Below are positions 9,352-18,218 of a stretch of DNA of 64,000 bases, in pieces (positions within the stretch are counted from its first letter, which is position 1; each line of letters starts with the position of its first letter). Source of the stretch: an uncultured Acidobacteriota bacterium (GTDB taxonomy: Bacteria; Actinomycetota; Acidimicrobiia; Spongiisociales; ZC4RG35); the NCBI GenBank assembly GCA_963837055.1, contig CAWILU010000003.1:71524-135523 (forward strand). The letters are read 5' to 3'. The notes under the pieces are model-generated. The model had not been told where the DNA came from. It saw nothing but the letters and a program-made list of their open reading frames with translations, and did no database searches. The position numbers and the translations under genes are program-made.

Positions 9352-10229
9352 TCGGGGGAGGCTACGCGGCCCGCTGCCGAGCGAAGCTCTCGCAGGACGA
9401 CCGGATCGATGCGGTCTGTTCCCACCCAGCGTTCCTCCAAGTTGTGCCACCCCAGCCAACTCTGGAGACTGACCTCGAGAGAGCCGTTTGGATCCGACCA
9501 ACCGATCGAATCGAGGATCGCGCTCACCTCGGTCTGCACACTGGTGTCAAACGGAAGAAGCTCGTCTTCCGTGGTCTTGCCGAAGTAGAGGGTGTGGAGG
9601 TCGAGAAGACCGCGCAGGTCCTCGATCGGGCTGTCGGAATGATCTATGCGCAGATCGAGCCACCGATCGTGATTCCCGCCATACCCGCCACCTGGTCGTA
9701 CCACGAGCAGAGCAGCCGACTCCACGCCCCGCTTCTCTCCCCCGGCCGTCTCCCCGGCCGTGAGGGCCCCGAGGAGGCGTTCGGCGAGCTCGCCCTTGCT
9801 GTCGCGGAAAGCTGCGGCCATCGCCTCAGGGACTTGGGGGTTGGTGAGGATGTTCCCTTGAGCAGCGAAGCCCTCCCCGGTCACGCCCACGGCATGTTCG
9901 AAACAGTCCTCGCCGGTATAGGAGGCGCTTCTGCCATCGGCGGCGACCACGCCGACCTGCCGATGACTGCGCATCTCGTCGTTGGCCGTCAAACGATCGA
10001 TCGTCGTCTCTGGTGGAAGCCCGGATTCCAACAATTCGAGGCCTCGGTTGCCGTAGGTGATCTCTGCATATGCCTGAGTGGCCACCGCTCCAACTCCTCC
10101 CCGGGCCCAGGGGACGAATGCGCCGACCGCGAGGAACTTGGACTGGACAGCTACCCCACACTCCCCAGCTTCGGGGTCGGCGGCGACGATCGAGTAGGTG
10201 GAGGGACCGTATGAGTGGTCACGCCGCAT
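9348..10229 (-). CDS. DUF1028-family (Ntn-hydrolase-like) protein with a C-terminal extension
   Basis: N-terminus ...STYSIVAADPEAGECGVAVQSKFLAVGAFVPWARGGVGAVATQA is typical of DUF1028. 293 aa. Confidence 0.7.
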   Translation of the reverse strand: MRRDHSYGPSTYSIVAADPEAGECGVAVQSKFLAVGAFVPWARGGVGAVATQAYAEITYGNRGLELLESGLPPETTIDRLTANDEMRSHRQVGVVAADGRSASYTGEDCFEHAVGVTGEGFAAQGNILTNPQVPEAMAAAFRDSKGELAERLLGALTAGETAGGEKRGVESAALLVVRPGGGYGGNHDRWLDLRIDHSDSPIEDLRGLLDLHTLYFGKTTEDELLPFDTSVQTEVSAILDSIGWSDPNGSLEVSLQSWLGWHNLEERWVGTDRIDPVVLRELRSAAGRVASPE

Positions 10230-10648
10230 TCCTCGACGCTACCTCCAGATGCCGAACTCGGGCGCTCGAGGAGATGGGCGAGGGCGCCTTGGGTGGCTGG
10301 AGCAATCGGCTTCGATACGAGCGTGCCGAATCAATCGCCGGTTGGACTACTCCGAGTAGATGAACCAACGTCCGTTTGAGTCACCGGAAGAGGAACAAGG
10401 GGCGATCATCTGAATCTGCAAGGACAGCACAGCCGACCTCTCGTAGTTTGACCTGGATGGGCGCTGATCCCTCGAACGATGCCATTCGCACGTGGCCCGG
10501 GCACTGAAGGACTTGCAGCGAGCAATAGCTGTGCTCGATCGGATCATCCGCACGAAGCGAGACGCGGCCGTCATGTCCGAGCGGGGGGTGGGTATGTCGC
10601 GACCGGCATGCGGGTGGTCGAGAATCGGGTGGAGATGAACTCTGACCA

Positions 10649-10867
10649 CTAGAGCGGCTCGATATCGAAATCGGAGCCGATCAGGGCGTCGGGTATCCCG
10701 AGATTGAACCGATCGGGCCCTACGAAGAAATGGACCAAGTCGTCGTCGTGCCGCTCACGTCTCTCGTATCGCACCTGGATGCGCTCTGGCTCGGTGGATC
10801 CCGGCCGGTGGATGGTGAGCTGATAGTGGCTGTTTGTCTGGAGGTCCATTTGTGCCCGCTGCGCCAA
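10649..10867 (-). CDS. hypothetical small protein
   Basis: 72-aa ORF with a TTG start (or an internal ATG at 10849) and no clear RBS. No recognisable motif. Confidence 0.3.
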   Translation of the reverse strand: MAQRAQMDLQTNSHYQLTIHRPGSTEPERIQVRYERRERHDDDLVHFFVGPDRFNLGIPDALIGSDFDIEPL

Positions 10868-10990
10868 GTATGCGCCATGGATCTGTCACCCCGGTATCTG
10901 CTCCGCCGCCTTGCAATGAACTGTTGATGAATATCGCGCGCTGCCGCTTCGACGACCGAGATGTGACCCTGAACGTGACGTCGTCTTCTC

Positions 10991-11305
10991 CTAATTCGCG
11001 CCGGGGTCGTTGTGGTCGACCCAGGGGATCCGTGGTTCCGAGACCTGGTCACCTGGTTTCACCGCGGCCGCCTCCCCGGAGTCGATCGCGTATTGCCAGA
11101 AACCTCGGTAACGGTGGATCGCCGCATCGGCTTGGAGGGCAATCCCGAAGTGCGGAAGGTCAACCGCGGTCAGGCGATCGGCGGGATCTCCCTCGGTGAA
11201 GGCAAAGATGATGGCGGCTCGCTCCCAGCCTCGGGCAGTGAGCAACCGATCTCTGGCCTCGCCGATGGTCGCTGGGATCTCGATCTGGTTCCGCGGAATC
11301 ACCAT
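10991..11305 (-). CDS. hypothetical protein
   Basis: 104-aa ORF with an AAGGA Shine-Dalgarno about 7 nt upstream of the ATG at 11305. No family recognised. Confidence 0.45.
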   Translation of the reverse strand: MVIPRNQIEIPATIGEARDRLLTARGWERAAIIFAFTEGDPADRLTAVDLPHFGIALQADAAIHRYRGFWQYAIDSGEAAAVKPGDQVSEPRIPWVDHNDPGAN

Positions 11306-11346
11306 CTCAGTGTTTCCTTGTTGCAGGCGCGGGAGCGCCTCTGTAG

Positions 11347-11420
11347 TGGAGCTGAGGGGATTTGAACCCCTGACCCCCTGACTGCCAGTCAGGTGCTCTG
11401 CCAGGCTGAGCTACAGCCCC
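11347..11420 (-). tRNA. tRNA-Ala (anticodon GGC)
   Basis: The minus strand reads GGGGCUGUAGCUCAGCCUGGCAGAGCACCUGACUGGCAGUCAGGGGGUCAGGGGUUCAAAUCCCCUCAGCUCCA. It forms a cloverleaf with the G3:U70 Ala identity pair and anticodon loop CUGGCAG. No CCA is encoded. Confidence 0.9.
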
Positions 11421-11469
11421 GTTTGGGGAGTCGTCATTTTATGGCAGGGGAAGACCCAAGGCTGAATCG

Positions 11470-12468
11470 TCACCCGTCGGCGACCACCGGCTCGATCCAG
11501 TCGACCTTCTCCGAGTCGGCCCAGAGCCGCTCCAACCCATAGAACTCCCGAGCCGCTGCCTGGAAGAGGTGCACGATCACGTCGCCGAAATCGAGTAGAA
11601 CCCATTCGCCCTCTGTCCGGCCCTCGCTGCGAAGGGGCTTGAGACCCAGCTCTTCGACCATCCGCTCCTCGACGTGCTCGGCGAGCGACTGCACATGAGG
11701 TCGGGAGGTCCCCGTTGCGATCACGAAGACATCAGATAGAACGAACAGCCCTTCAACGTCGAGCAACACGATGTCCATGCCCTTTTTGCTGAAGATGGCG
11801 TCTGCTGCCACCCGGGCCTGTTCTCTTCCGCTATCTACGGGGATTCCTCCTGGTCGTTTCGCGGCCTCCACCATATCGCCTGATCGGATTTGCGTGTAGA
11901 TGCCTTGCGTCTCGATGAAGCGATGCACCCGAGGCGGCAACAAGAATCGGTACGGCCTACCCCACGCCGCCATTTCCCTGATCGCGGTAGAGCTCACATC
12001 GAGGGCCGCCATGTCGAGCATCGTGGCCGTTGGCAGGGTTCGAGCGACCTCAATCGATTCGGTCCCCGGTCTGGGCACAACCAATACACCGGCCCGCTCG
12101 ATCACTTCCTCCCACCGATGCCAGGTGGGCAGGCCTACCGCGGCATCGGCCCCGACGATCAGGAAGAGCTCCTCCTCCGCGGGGAACGTGAGCAGGGTGT
12201 CGAAGGTATAGGTAGGCCCATCGCGATGGAGTTCACGATCGTCGACCTCGAATCCTTCGATTCCCTCGATGGCCATCTCGGTCATCGCCAGGCGATCGGC
12301 AGCAGGGGTCATCGACCTCTCTGCCTTTTGCCACGGGTCGCCGGCGGGCATGAATAGCACCCGGTCCAGTCCGGCGGCGAACTGAGCCGTCTCCCCGGCG
12401 TGGAGATGGGCGATGTGGATCGGATCGAAGGTCCCGCCGAGGATCCCGGTGCGCACGCCGGCGAGCAT
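11470..12468 (-). CDS. nadD: nicotinate-nucleotide adenylyltransferase (NadD) running in frame, without a stop, into a ribosome silencing factor (RsfS) module
   Basis: The ATG at 12468 gives MLAGVRTGILGGTFDPIHIAH... (NadD HxGH motif). After ...ETQGIYTQIRSGD the same frame continues with MVEAAK...KKGMDIVLLDV...VIATGTSRPHVQSL...WVLLDFGDVIVHLF (RsfS/DUF143). The internal ATG is at 11874. Confidence 0.8.
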   Translation of the reverse strand: MLAGVRTGILGGTFDPIHIAHLHAGETAQFAAGLDRVLFMPAGDPWQKAERSMTPAADRLAMTEMAIEGIEGFEVDDRELHRDGPTYTFDTLLTFPAEEELFLIVGADAAVGLPTWHRWEEVIERAGVLVVPRPGTESIEVARTLPTATMLDMAALDVSSTAIREMAAWGRPYRFLLPPRVHRFIETQGIYTQIRSGDMVEAAKRPGGIPVDSGREQARVAADAIFSKKGMDIVLLDVEGLFVLSDVFVIATGTSRPHVQSLAEHVEERMVEELGLKPLRSEGRTEGEWVLLDFGDVIVHLFQAAAREFYGLERLWADSEKVDWIEPVVADG

Positions 12469-12955
12469 ACGGCCCTGGCGGCGCCACCAGATGAAGGGCA
12501 CGACTGATATCGGTGTTCCGGCAGCCGAGTTGGGTTTCGGGGTCTGTGTAGATGCCGTCGATTCGGGTGGACAGATGGACCCCGGCGATGCCATGGGGTG
12601 AACCCGAGGTGCCCACCACGTCGCCTCCGTCAACGCTGGTGCCGGATCTGACCTGGATGTCCGCGAGATACGAAAGCGATACCTTGAAGCCCTGAACGGG
12701 CTCGATAGTGATCGATTTCATCCCCGCCACCGTCCCGGCGAAGGTCACCCGTCCCGAAGCCGGTGCTCGAACCGGGGTACCGATGGGCGCGGAGTAATCG
12801 ACTCCCCAGTGGCCCCCATATGAACCGACAGGGGCGTAGTCGGCGACCACCCGGCCGTCGACCGGAGCCGCCAAACAGACGGCGGCCAATGCCAGCGCTA
12901 ACAGCACCTCAACCCTCCCTCGATCGAACCTACCCAGGTCGGTTTGGGGTGCCAA
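12233..12955 (-). CDS. secreted M23/LytM-family metallopeptidase (3' end suspect)
   Basis: Signal-like N-terminus, then GHWGVDYSAPIGTPVRAPASGRVTF...HGIAGVHLSTRIDGIYTDPETQL (LytM domain). After aa ~145 the ORF becomes an Arg/Pro-rich tail that overlaps nadD in another frame. Confidence 0.65.
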   Translation of the reverse strand: MAPQTDLGRFDRGRVEVLLALALAAVCLAAPVDGRVVADYAPVGSYGGHWGVDYSAPIGTPVRAPASGRVTFAGTVAGMKSITIEPVQGFKVSLSYLADIQVRSGTSVDGGDVVGTSGSPHGIAGVHLSTRIDGIYTDPETQLGCRNTDISRALHLVAPPGPYARRRAHRDPRRDLRSDPHRPSPRRGDGSVRRRTGPGAIHARRRPVAKGREVDDPCCRSPGDDRDGHRGNRRIRGRRS

Positions 12956-12997
12956 GGGGTATGGGCACTAATTTCGGGTGCACAGAAAGGATTATCA

Positions 12998-14014
12998 ATG
13001 ACAACACGGATCGGGCTTATGGGGTTCGGACGCATCGGGAGGAACGTCATGCGTCTCCTCCACAACAGGGCCGACCTCGACGTGGTGGCGATCAGCGACG
13101 TCGCCGATCCCGAGGCGCTCACCTACCTACTCAAATACGACTCCATATACGGACGGTTCCCGGCGCCGGTCTCGTACTCCGAAGGCACGTTGTCATACGG
13201 CGAGCGGAATGTGGCGTGGCTGAACGCCAAGGAGCCGGGAGACGCAGATTGGGGCGAGCTCGGAGTGGATGTCGTTCTCGAGACGACCAGTCGCTATCGG
13301 ACCAAAGACGCCCTCGATCAGCACCTCAAAGCCGGGGCAAAGAAGGTGGTCCTGACTTCGAGTCCCGAGATCCCCGGCGAGATCCCACTGTTGCTCCGGG
13401 GGATCAACGACGACGTACTGGGCCCCGATGTCGACCAGGTCGCGCTCGGCTCCAATACGTCCAATGCGGCAGCGCCCATCCTGAAGACACTCAACGACGG
13501 GATCGGGATCAAACGGGTCTACATGACAGTGGTCAAGGCGATGTCCAATGCCGGACGACTCGCCGACGTGCCCACCGACTCCTATCGGACCAGCCGCGCT
13601 GCCGGGGAGAACATCATCCCGGCCGAGACGAATTCCGCCGAGATCATCACCCAGGCCCTCCCCGAGCTCGAAGGCAAGCTGGCTGTGGTCGCGCTGAACG
13701 TCCCCGTGGTGGACGGGTCGACGATCGACATGGTTCTCGACCTCGATCGGCCTACCGATGAAGCCGAGGTGAACTCGCTGGTGAGAACGGCCTGTGAGGA
13801 GAAATACCAGGGAATCATCGAATATGTCGCCGATCCGATTGTTTCCTCTGATGTGCGGTCGATCTCACATTCGGGCGTCTATGACAGCCTCGCGACCATG
13901 GTCACCGGTGGGAATCTGGTGAAGACGATCACCTGGTTCAACAACGGCTGGGGTTATTCCAACCGTGTGGTCGAAGTCACCGGCATGGTCGCCACATACC
14001 TCAACGGAGAGTGA
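12998..14014 (+). CDS. GAPDH-like paralogue lacking the catalytic Cys and His (predicted pseudoenzyme)
   Basis: GAAAGGA RBS, then ATG at 12998. The NAD-binding GFGRIGRN motif and the overall GAPDH fold signature are kept. SNASCTTN is replaced by SNTSNAAA (no Cys), TVHAYT by TVVKAMS (no His), and TTGAA by ETNSA. Confidence 0.8.
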   Translation: MTTRIGLMGFGRIGRNVMRLLHNRADLDVVAISDVADPEALTYLLKYDSIYGRFPAPVSYSEGTLSYGERNVAWLNAKEPGDADWGELGVDVVLETTSRYRTKDALDQHLKAGAKKVVLTSSPEIPGEIPLLLRGINDDVLGPDVDQVALGSNTSNAAAPILKTLNDGIGIKRVYMTVVKAMSNAGRLADVPTDSYRTSRAAGENIIPAETNSAEIITQALPELEGKLAVVALNVPVVDGSTIDMVLDLDRPTDEAEVNSLVRTACEEKYQGIIEYVADPIVSSDVRSISHSGVYDSLATMVTGGNLVKTITWFNNGWGYSNRVVEVTGMVATYLNGE

Positions 14015-14016
14015 AA

Positions 14017-15039
14017 ATGGCAAACGTCGCTATCAATGGGTTCGGGCGGATCGGCCGGGCGGTGTTCCGCATCATCGCAACCCGACCGGATGTGGGGCTC
14101 AAGGTCGTCGCCATCAACGATCTCTCCGACGATGACATCCTCGCCTACCTCCTCGAGTACGACTCGGTGATGGGCCGCTTCGAGGAGGAGGTGTCTGTCG
14201 ACAATGGAGTGATGAAGGTCGGCGAGCACCAGATCAAGATGCTCATGGAACGTGATCCGGCCAAGCTCCCTTGGGCCGAGCTGGGTGTCGACATCGTGAT
14301 CGAATCGACCGGCGTGTTCCGGGACCGCGCCTCGAATCAGAAGCACATTGACGCCGGGGCGAAGCGGGTGATCCTCACTGTTCCTGCGAAGGACAAGATC
14401 GACGAAACCGTGGTGCTCGGCGTGAACGACGACCAGCTGGATGCCGACGACATCATCGTCTCCAATGCTTCGTGCACAACGAACTCGCTGGCGCCGCTGG
14501 CCAAGGTGCTCGACGACACCTTCGGGATCCGCAAGGGAATCATGACGACGGTGCATGCGTACACCAACGACCAGGTGTTGGCCGATGTCCCCCATCAGGA
14601 TCTGCGGCGCAGCCGGGCCGCCACCGAGAACATCATCCCTACCACTACGGGCGCTGCGGCCGCAATAGGGGAAGTGGTCCCCAGCCTGGCCGGAAAGCTC
14701 GACGGCATGGCGATGCGGGTTCCCGTTCCCGACGGATCGACCGTCGATCTGGTGGTGGAACTCGATCGTGACGTGACAGTAGAAGAGGTGAACGCGGCAG
14801 TGCGGGCGGCGTCCGAGGGAGCCATGGCCGGGATTCTCGAGTATGTCGAGGACCCGATCGTGTCCACTGACATCATCGGCAACCCCCACTCATCGATCTT
14901 CGACGCCGGCGCGACTCAGGTTCTCGGGGGGAATCTGGTCAAAGTGATGTCGTGGTACGACAACGAGTGGGGCTACTCGAACCGGGTGGTGGATCTAGCT
15001 CAGCGTCTGGCCGACGTGCTTTCAAGTGGTAGGTCGTAG
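14017..15039 (+). CDS. gap: type I glyceraldehyde-3-phosphate dehydrogenase
   Basis: [14 protein letters not shown]...[17 protein letters not shown]...[11 protein letters not shown]...[11 protein letters not shown]. All catalytic motifs are present. The ATG at 14017 lies 2 nt after the stop of the paralogue (alternative GTG at 14011). Confidence 0.92.
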   Translation: MANVAINGFGRIGRAVFRIIATRPDVGLKVVAINDLSDDDILAYLLEYDSVMGRFEEEVSVDNGVMKVGEHQIKMLMERDPAKLPWAELGVDIVIESTGVFRDRASNQKHIDAGAKRVILTVPAKDKIDETVVLGVNDDQLDADDIIVSNASCTTNSLAPLAKVLDDTFGIRKGIMTTVHAYTNDQVLADVPHQDLRRSRAATENIIPTTTGAAAAIGEVVPSLAGKLDGMAMRVPVPDGSTVDLVVELDRDVTVEEVNAAVRAASEGAMAGILEYVEDPIVSTDIIGNPHSSIFDAGATQVLGGNLVKVMSWYDNEWGYSNRVVDLAQRLADVLSSGRS

Positions 15040-15074
15040 GTTGTAAGTGGTGGGTTTCCTCAGACCTACGACCT
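15031..15074. terminator. 11-bp perfect inverted repeat between convergent genes
   Basis: AGGTCGTAGGT (15031-15041, containing the gap stop codon TAG) pairs with ACCTACGACCT (15064-15074). The loop is 22 nt. Confidence 0.45.
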
Positions 15075-15086
15075 GAGACCTAGGAC

Positions 15087-15116
15087 GTTCTTTCGTTACT
15101 CCAGTAACGAAAGAAC
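15087..15116. terminator. 13-bp perfect hairpin spanning the stop codon of the response-regulator gene
   Basis: GTTCTTTCGTTAC-tcca-GTAACGAAAGAAC. The TAA stop (15096-15098, minus strand) lies inside the left arm. No U-tract follows. Confidence 0.45.
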
Positions 15117-15470
15117 CGTGGAGCGGAAGTCGTTGGGCTGGAAAGGCTTGGTGACGAAGGCATCGGCCCCGCCTTCATTGGCCCGGCGCCTGGACTCCTC
15201 CTCGGCGTGTGCGGTCAGGACGACCACCGGGATGTTCCGGGTCGACTCGTCCCGGCGGATCCGGTCGAGCACCTCCCATCCATCCATTCCGGGGAGACCG
15301 ATGTCGAGCACCACCAGGTCGGGTGATTCCGAGCCGACTGCGGCGAGGCCACTCTTGCCGTCCTCCCGAGTGACGATCTCGAGATCGGCGGCGCGGAGAC
15401 AGACTTCGATGAGCCGTCTGATGACGGCCGAGTCTTCGACAACGAGTATCCGCGAGCCCATTTGATTCAC
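15096..15470 (-). CDS. single-domain (CheY-like) response regulator receiver protein
   Basis: ILVVEDS...DLVVLDIGLPGMDGWEVL...VVVLTA...KPF. 124 aa with no output domain. Confidence 0.88.
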   Translation of the reverse strand: MNQMGSRILVVEDSAVIRRLIEVCLRAADLEIVTREDGKSGLAAVGSESPDLVVLDIGLPGMDGWEVLDRIRRDESTRNIPVVVLTAHAEEESRRRANEGGADAFVTKPFQPNDFRSTVLSLLE

Positions 15471-15532
15471 CTCTGGTCCTGGCGCCCATCGGGGGGCGTA
15501 TCCGCAAACATCGGCAATAGTGCTCTCACGGT

Positions 15533-16960
15533 TTAGACATTCTGGAGCGATCGGGTGCCGGGCAGGGTCAGCTCTTCGATGAACTGTTCCAGTTGTCGCA
15601 GGGTGCGGACCTCATGGACCGAGGTGCAGTGTTCGGCATAGTGCGACATCGCGGAGTCCCCGGTGTCCCAATATGCCTCGGGCTCGGGATTGAGCCAGAC
15701 CAGGGCTCGCGCCGATTTGGCGATCTCCTCGAGCACCCCAGCGCGCGGGGGGCGGTAGTTGTTGCGGGCGTCTCCGGTGATGATCACCGTCGTTCGCGGG
15801 GTCAGCTGGCGCCCATAGCGAGCCATGAATGTCTCGAGAGAATTCCCGTAATCGGAGTGCCCGTCGAGCCAGACCACCTCCGCCTCGGTGGTGACTCGCT
15901 GCAGAGCCGAACCGAAATCGACTCCGGGGCCGAAGAAATCGCTGACTTCGTCGATCGTGTCGACGAAGGCGAACGAGCGCAGTCTCGAGAAATGGGTCGA
16001 CATGGCATGGGTGAATTGGAGCGTGAATCGCGAGAAGGTCGCCATCGATCCGCTGATGTCGCAGAGCAACCACACCTCGGGCCGGTGAGGGCGGGGATGG
16101 CGGAACTGGGGCTCGGCAGGCACACCGCCGGTCGCCAGCGACTTTCGCATCGTCCGTCTGAAGTCGAGCCTGCCGGTGCGTCTGCGGCGGCGGCGGGCGA
16201 GGCGGGCGGCGAGCTTACGGGTGAGCGGCCCGATCGCCGCCTCCATCTCCTGCAGGTCCCTGGTGGTCGCGTGCATCAGGTCGAGGTCCTCGATCAGGGG
16301 ACGGCGCAGGGTGCGGGCGACCGCTTCGCGGCCGCGATCGGCGACGAGCCGACGCCGGATCTCGTCTTCGATTTCCTCACGGAGCCTCTCGATCCTCGCC
16401 TCTACCTCCTCCTTGAGCAGTCGCCTCTCGAAGTCGGAGAGATCCTGATCCTCGAGTAGGGCGGTGATCAGACGCTCCTCCAGGTCGGCGAGATCGAGGC
16501 GACGCAGGGTGCGATAGAGGTAGTAAGTCCCTCCCACCGGCCGACCCGGCTCCATCCCAGCCAGCTGCTCGACGGCGGTCCGGGCACCACGACGAATCGC
16601 AGCCTCGTCGAGACCTGCCAGTGCCTCGAGCAGCGAGTCGAGCAGCTCGTCGAGATCGAAAGGAGCAGACTCCGGAAGATCGTCACCGTCGTGTTCGCCC
16701 TGCGTCGAAGCCGGAGCGTCTTCCCCGGGCCGGGCAACCGGATGGGGAACGGTCGAGAAGTAGACGTCGAAGGCGGTGTCGAACGCCCGCTCATGGCGCA
16801 GGTTCTTGATCAGGGTCGCCCGCAACGTCTCCCTCAGCGCGACCCGGTCGCCGATCTCGATGGCCTCGACGGCCTTCATGCCGTCGATGGCCTCCACCAT
16901 CGACACCGGTACGCCGGCCGCCCTGAGCTCGTCTATGAATCCGGTGATGATCCCGAGCAT
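15533..16960 (-). CDS. VWA-domain protein, CoxE-like
   Basis: 475 aa. The C-terminal VWA/MIDAS region is WLLCDISGSMATFS...; the protein is typical of the partner of MoxR/CoxD ATPases. Confidence 0.8.
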   Translation of the reverse strand: MLGIITGFIDELRAAGVPVSMVEAIDGMKAVEAIEIGDRVALRETLRATLIKNLRHERAFDTAFDVYFSTVPHPVARPGEDAPASTQGEHDGDDLPESAPFDLDELLDSLLEALAGLDEAAIRRGARTAVEQLAGMEPGRPVGGTYYLYRTLRRLDLADLEERLITALLEDQDLSDFERRLLKEEVEARIERLREEIEDEIRRRLVADRGREAVARTLRRPLIEDLDLMHATTRDLQEMEAAIGPLTRKLAARLARRRRRRTGRLDFRRTMRKSLATGGVPAEPQFRHPRPHRPEVWLLCDISGSMATFSRFTLQFTHAMSTHFSRLRSFAFVDTIDEVSDFFGPGVDFGSALQRVTTEAEVVWLDGHSDYGNSLETFMARYGRQLTPRTTVIITGDARNNYRPPRAGVLEEIAKSARALVWLNPEPEAYWDTGDSAMSHYAEHCTSVHEVRTLRQLEQFIEELTLPGTRSLQNV

Positions 16961-16964
16961 TGCC

Positions 16965-17828
16965 TTAGGGGTGCGGGCTCGAAGTCAGCTCCTTGGCCGC
17001 CTTCTCGATATCGGCTTGATACTTGAGCAAGACATGCAAAGTGTCACCGAGGATTGCCTCGTCGACCTCGTCGATGGAGAGCGCGAGCAGAGTCCTCGCC
17101 CAATCGATGGTCTCTGACACCGAGGGAGCTTTCTTCAGGTCCAGACTCCGGATCGAGCGAGCCACCTTGGCCACCTGGCTCGCCAGATGCTCGGATAGCC
17201 CCGGGACCCTCGCCATGAGGATCTCCTGCTCTCGCAGGGCATCGGGGTAGTCGATGTGGAGGAAGAGACAACGCCGCTTCAGAGCCTCACTGAGCTCTCT
17301 CGTGTTGTTCGAGGTGAGGACCACCATCGGCTGGGTATTCGCCTCCATGGTGCCCAACTCCGGGATCGAGACCTGGAAGTCGGAGAGTATCTCGAGCAGC
17401 AATGCCTCGGTCTCCACCTCGACCCGGTCGACCTCGTCGATGAGCAGGACCACGGGCTGATCGGAGCGAATCGCCTCGAGCAGCGGCCGGGTGAGGAGGA
17501 AGTCCTCCGAGAATATGTCCTGCTCGATGTCTTGCCAGTCGTGATCGACATCGGCCTGGATCCTCAGCAACTGCTTCTTGTAGTTCCACTCATAGAGGGC
17601 CTTGGCCTCGTCGAGTCCCTCGTAACACTGGAGTCTGATCAGGTCGCGCCCGGTGACTCGGGCCAATGACTTGGCCAACTCGGTCTTCCCGACACCGGCC
17701 GGGCCTTCGACCAGGATCGGCTTGTCGAGGCGATCGGCGAGAAAGACGACCTGCGCGATGCGGTCGTCCGGCAGATAATCGACCGCCCGCAAGGCGTCGG
17801 CAACAGCTTCAGGGCTCTCAAAGCTCAT
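16965..17828 (-). CDS. MoxR-like AAA+ ATPase (CoxD-type)
   Basis: Walker A LVEGPAGVGKTELAK, Walker B VVLLIDEVDR, 287 aa. It lies 4 nt upstream of the VWA gene. Confidence 0.85.
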   Translation of the reverse strand: MSFESPEAVADALRAVDYLPDDRIAQVVFLADRLDKPILVEGPAGVGKTELAKSLARVTGRDLIRLQCYEGLDEAKALYEWNYKKQLLRIQADVDHDWQDIEQDIFSEDFLLTRPLLEAIRSDQPVVLLIDEVDRVEVETEALLLEILSDFQVSIPELGTMEANTQPMVVLTSNNTRELSEALKRRCLFLHIDYPDALREQEILMARVPGLSEHLASQVAKVARSIRSLDLKKAPSVSETIDWARTLLALSIDEVDEAILGDTLHVLLKYQADIEKAAKELTSSPHP

Positions 17829-17881
17829 TGGCAGCCATTGTACGGGTCAATACTGAGGACTCCTCTTCCTAAGGTTCGAGC

Positions 17882-18208
17882 GTGGACGCCGTTCGTCAGA
17901 CCCTCATAGATCGCAAAGCAGAGCTGCAGGTCGAATTGGCGAGACTGACGGCACCTCCGACGACTAGCGCCGCCGTCTCGTTCGGAAAACGGGTGGGGGA
18001 CGGAACCACCGAGGCTGTGGAGCGACTCAGCACCACTGCCACTGCGCGATCCATCACGCACTCCATCGAGGACATCGATAGGGCATTGGTCAAGATCCAC
18101 GACGGCACCTACGGGGTGTGTGACCGGTGCGGAAACGACATCGGTGAGGTACGGCTCGAAGCACTTCCCGCCGCGTCACGCTGCGTGGGGTGCGCGGGTC
18201 GCAGTTGA
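17882..18208 (+). CDS. DksA/TraR-family C4 zinc-finger protein
   Basis: C-terminal CDRCGNDIGEVRLEALPAASRCVGC four-Cys finger preceded by a coiled-coil region. GTG start. Confidence 0.75.
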   Translation: MDAVRQTLIDRKAELQVELARLTAPPTTSAAVSFGKRVGDGTTEAVERLSTTATARSITHSIEDIDRALVKIHDGTYGVCDRCGNDIGEVRLEALPAASRCVGCAGRS

Positions 18209-18218
18209 CCTGGCGTGC

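Noticed and set aside
10230-10648. M-box (Mg2+) or other riboswitch in the long leader of the DUF1028-corA operon
   Set aside because: I could not find the conserved M-box blocks (GUUAGGUGAGGC, GACGCUAAUGGGUC and so on) on the minus strand. It is left as unexplained non-coding DNA.
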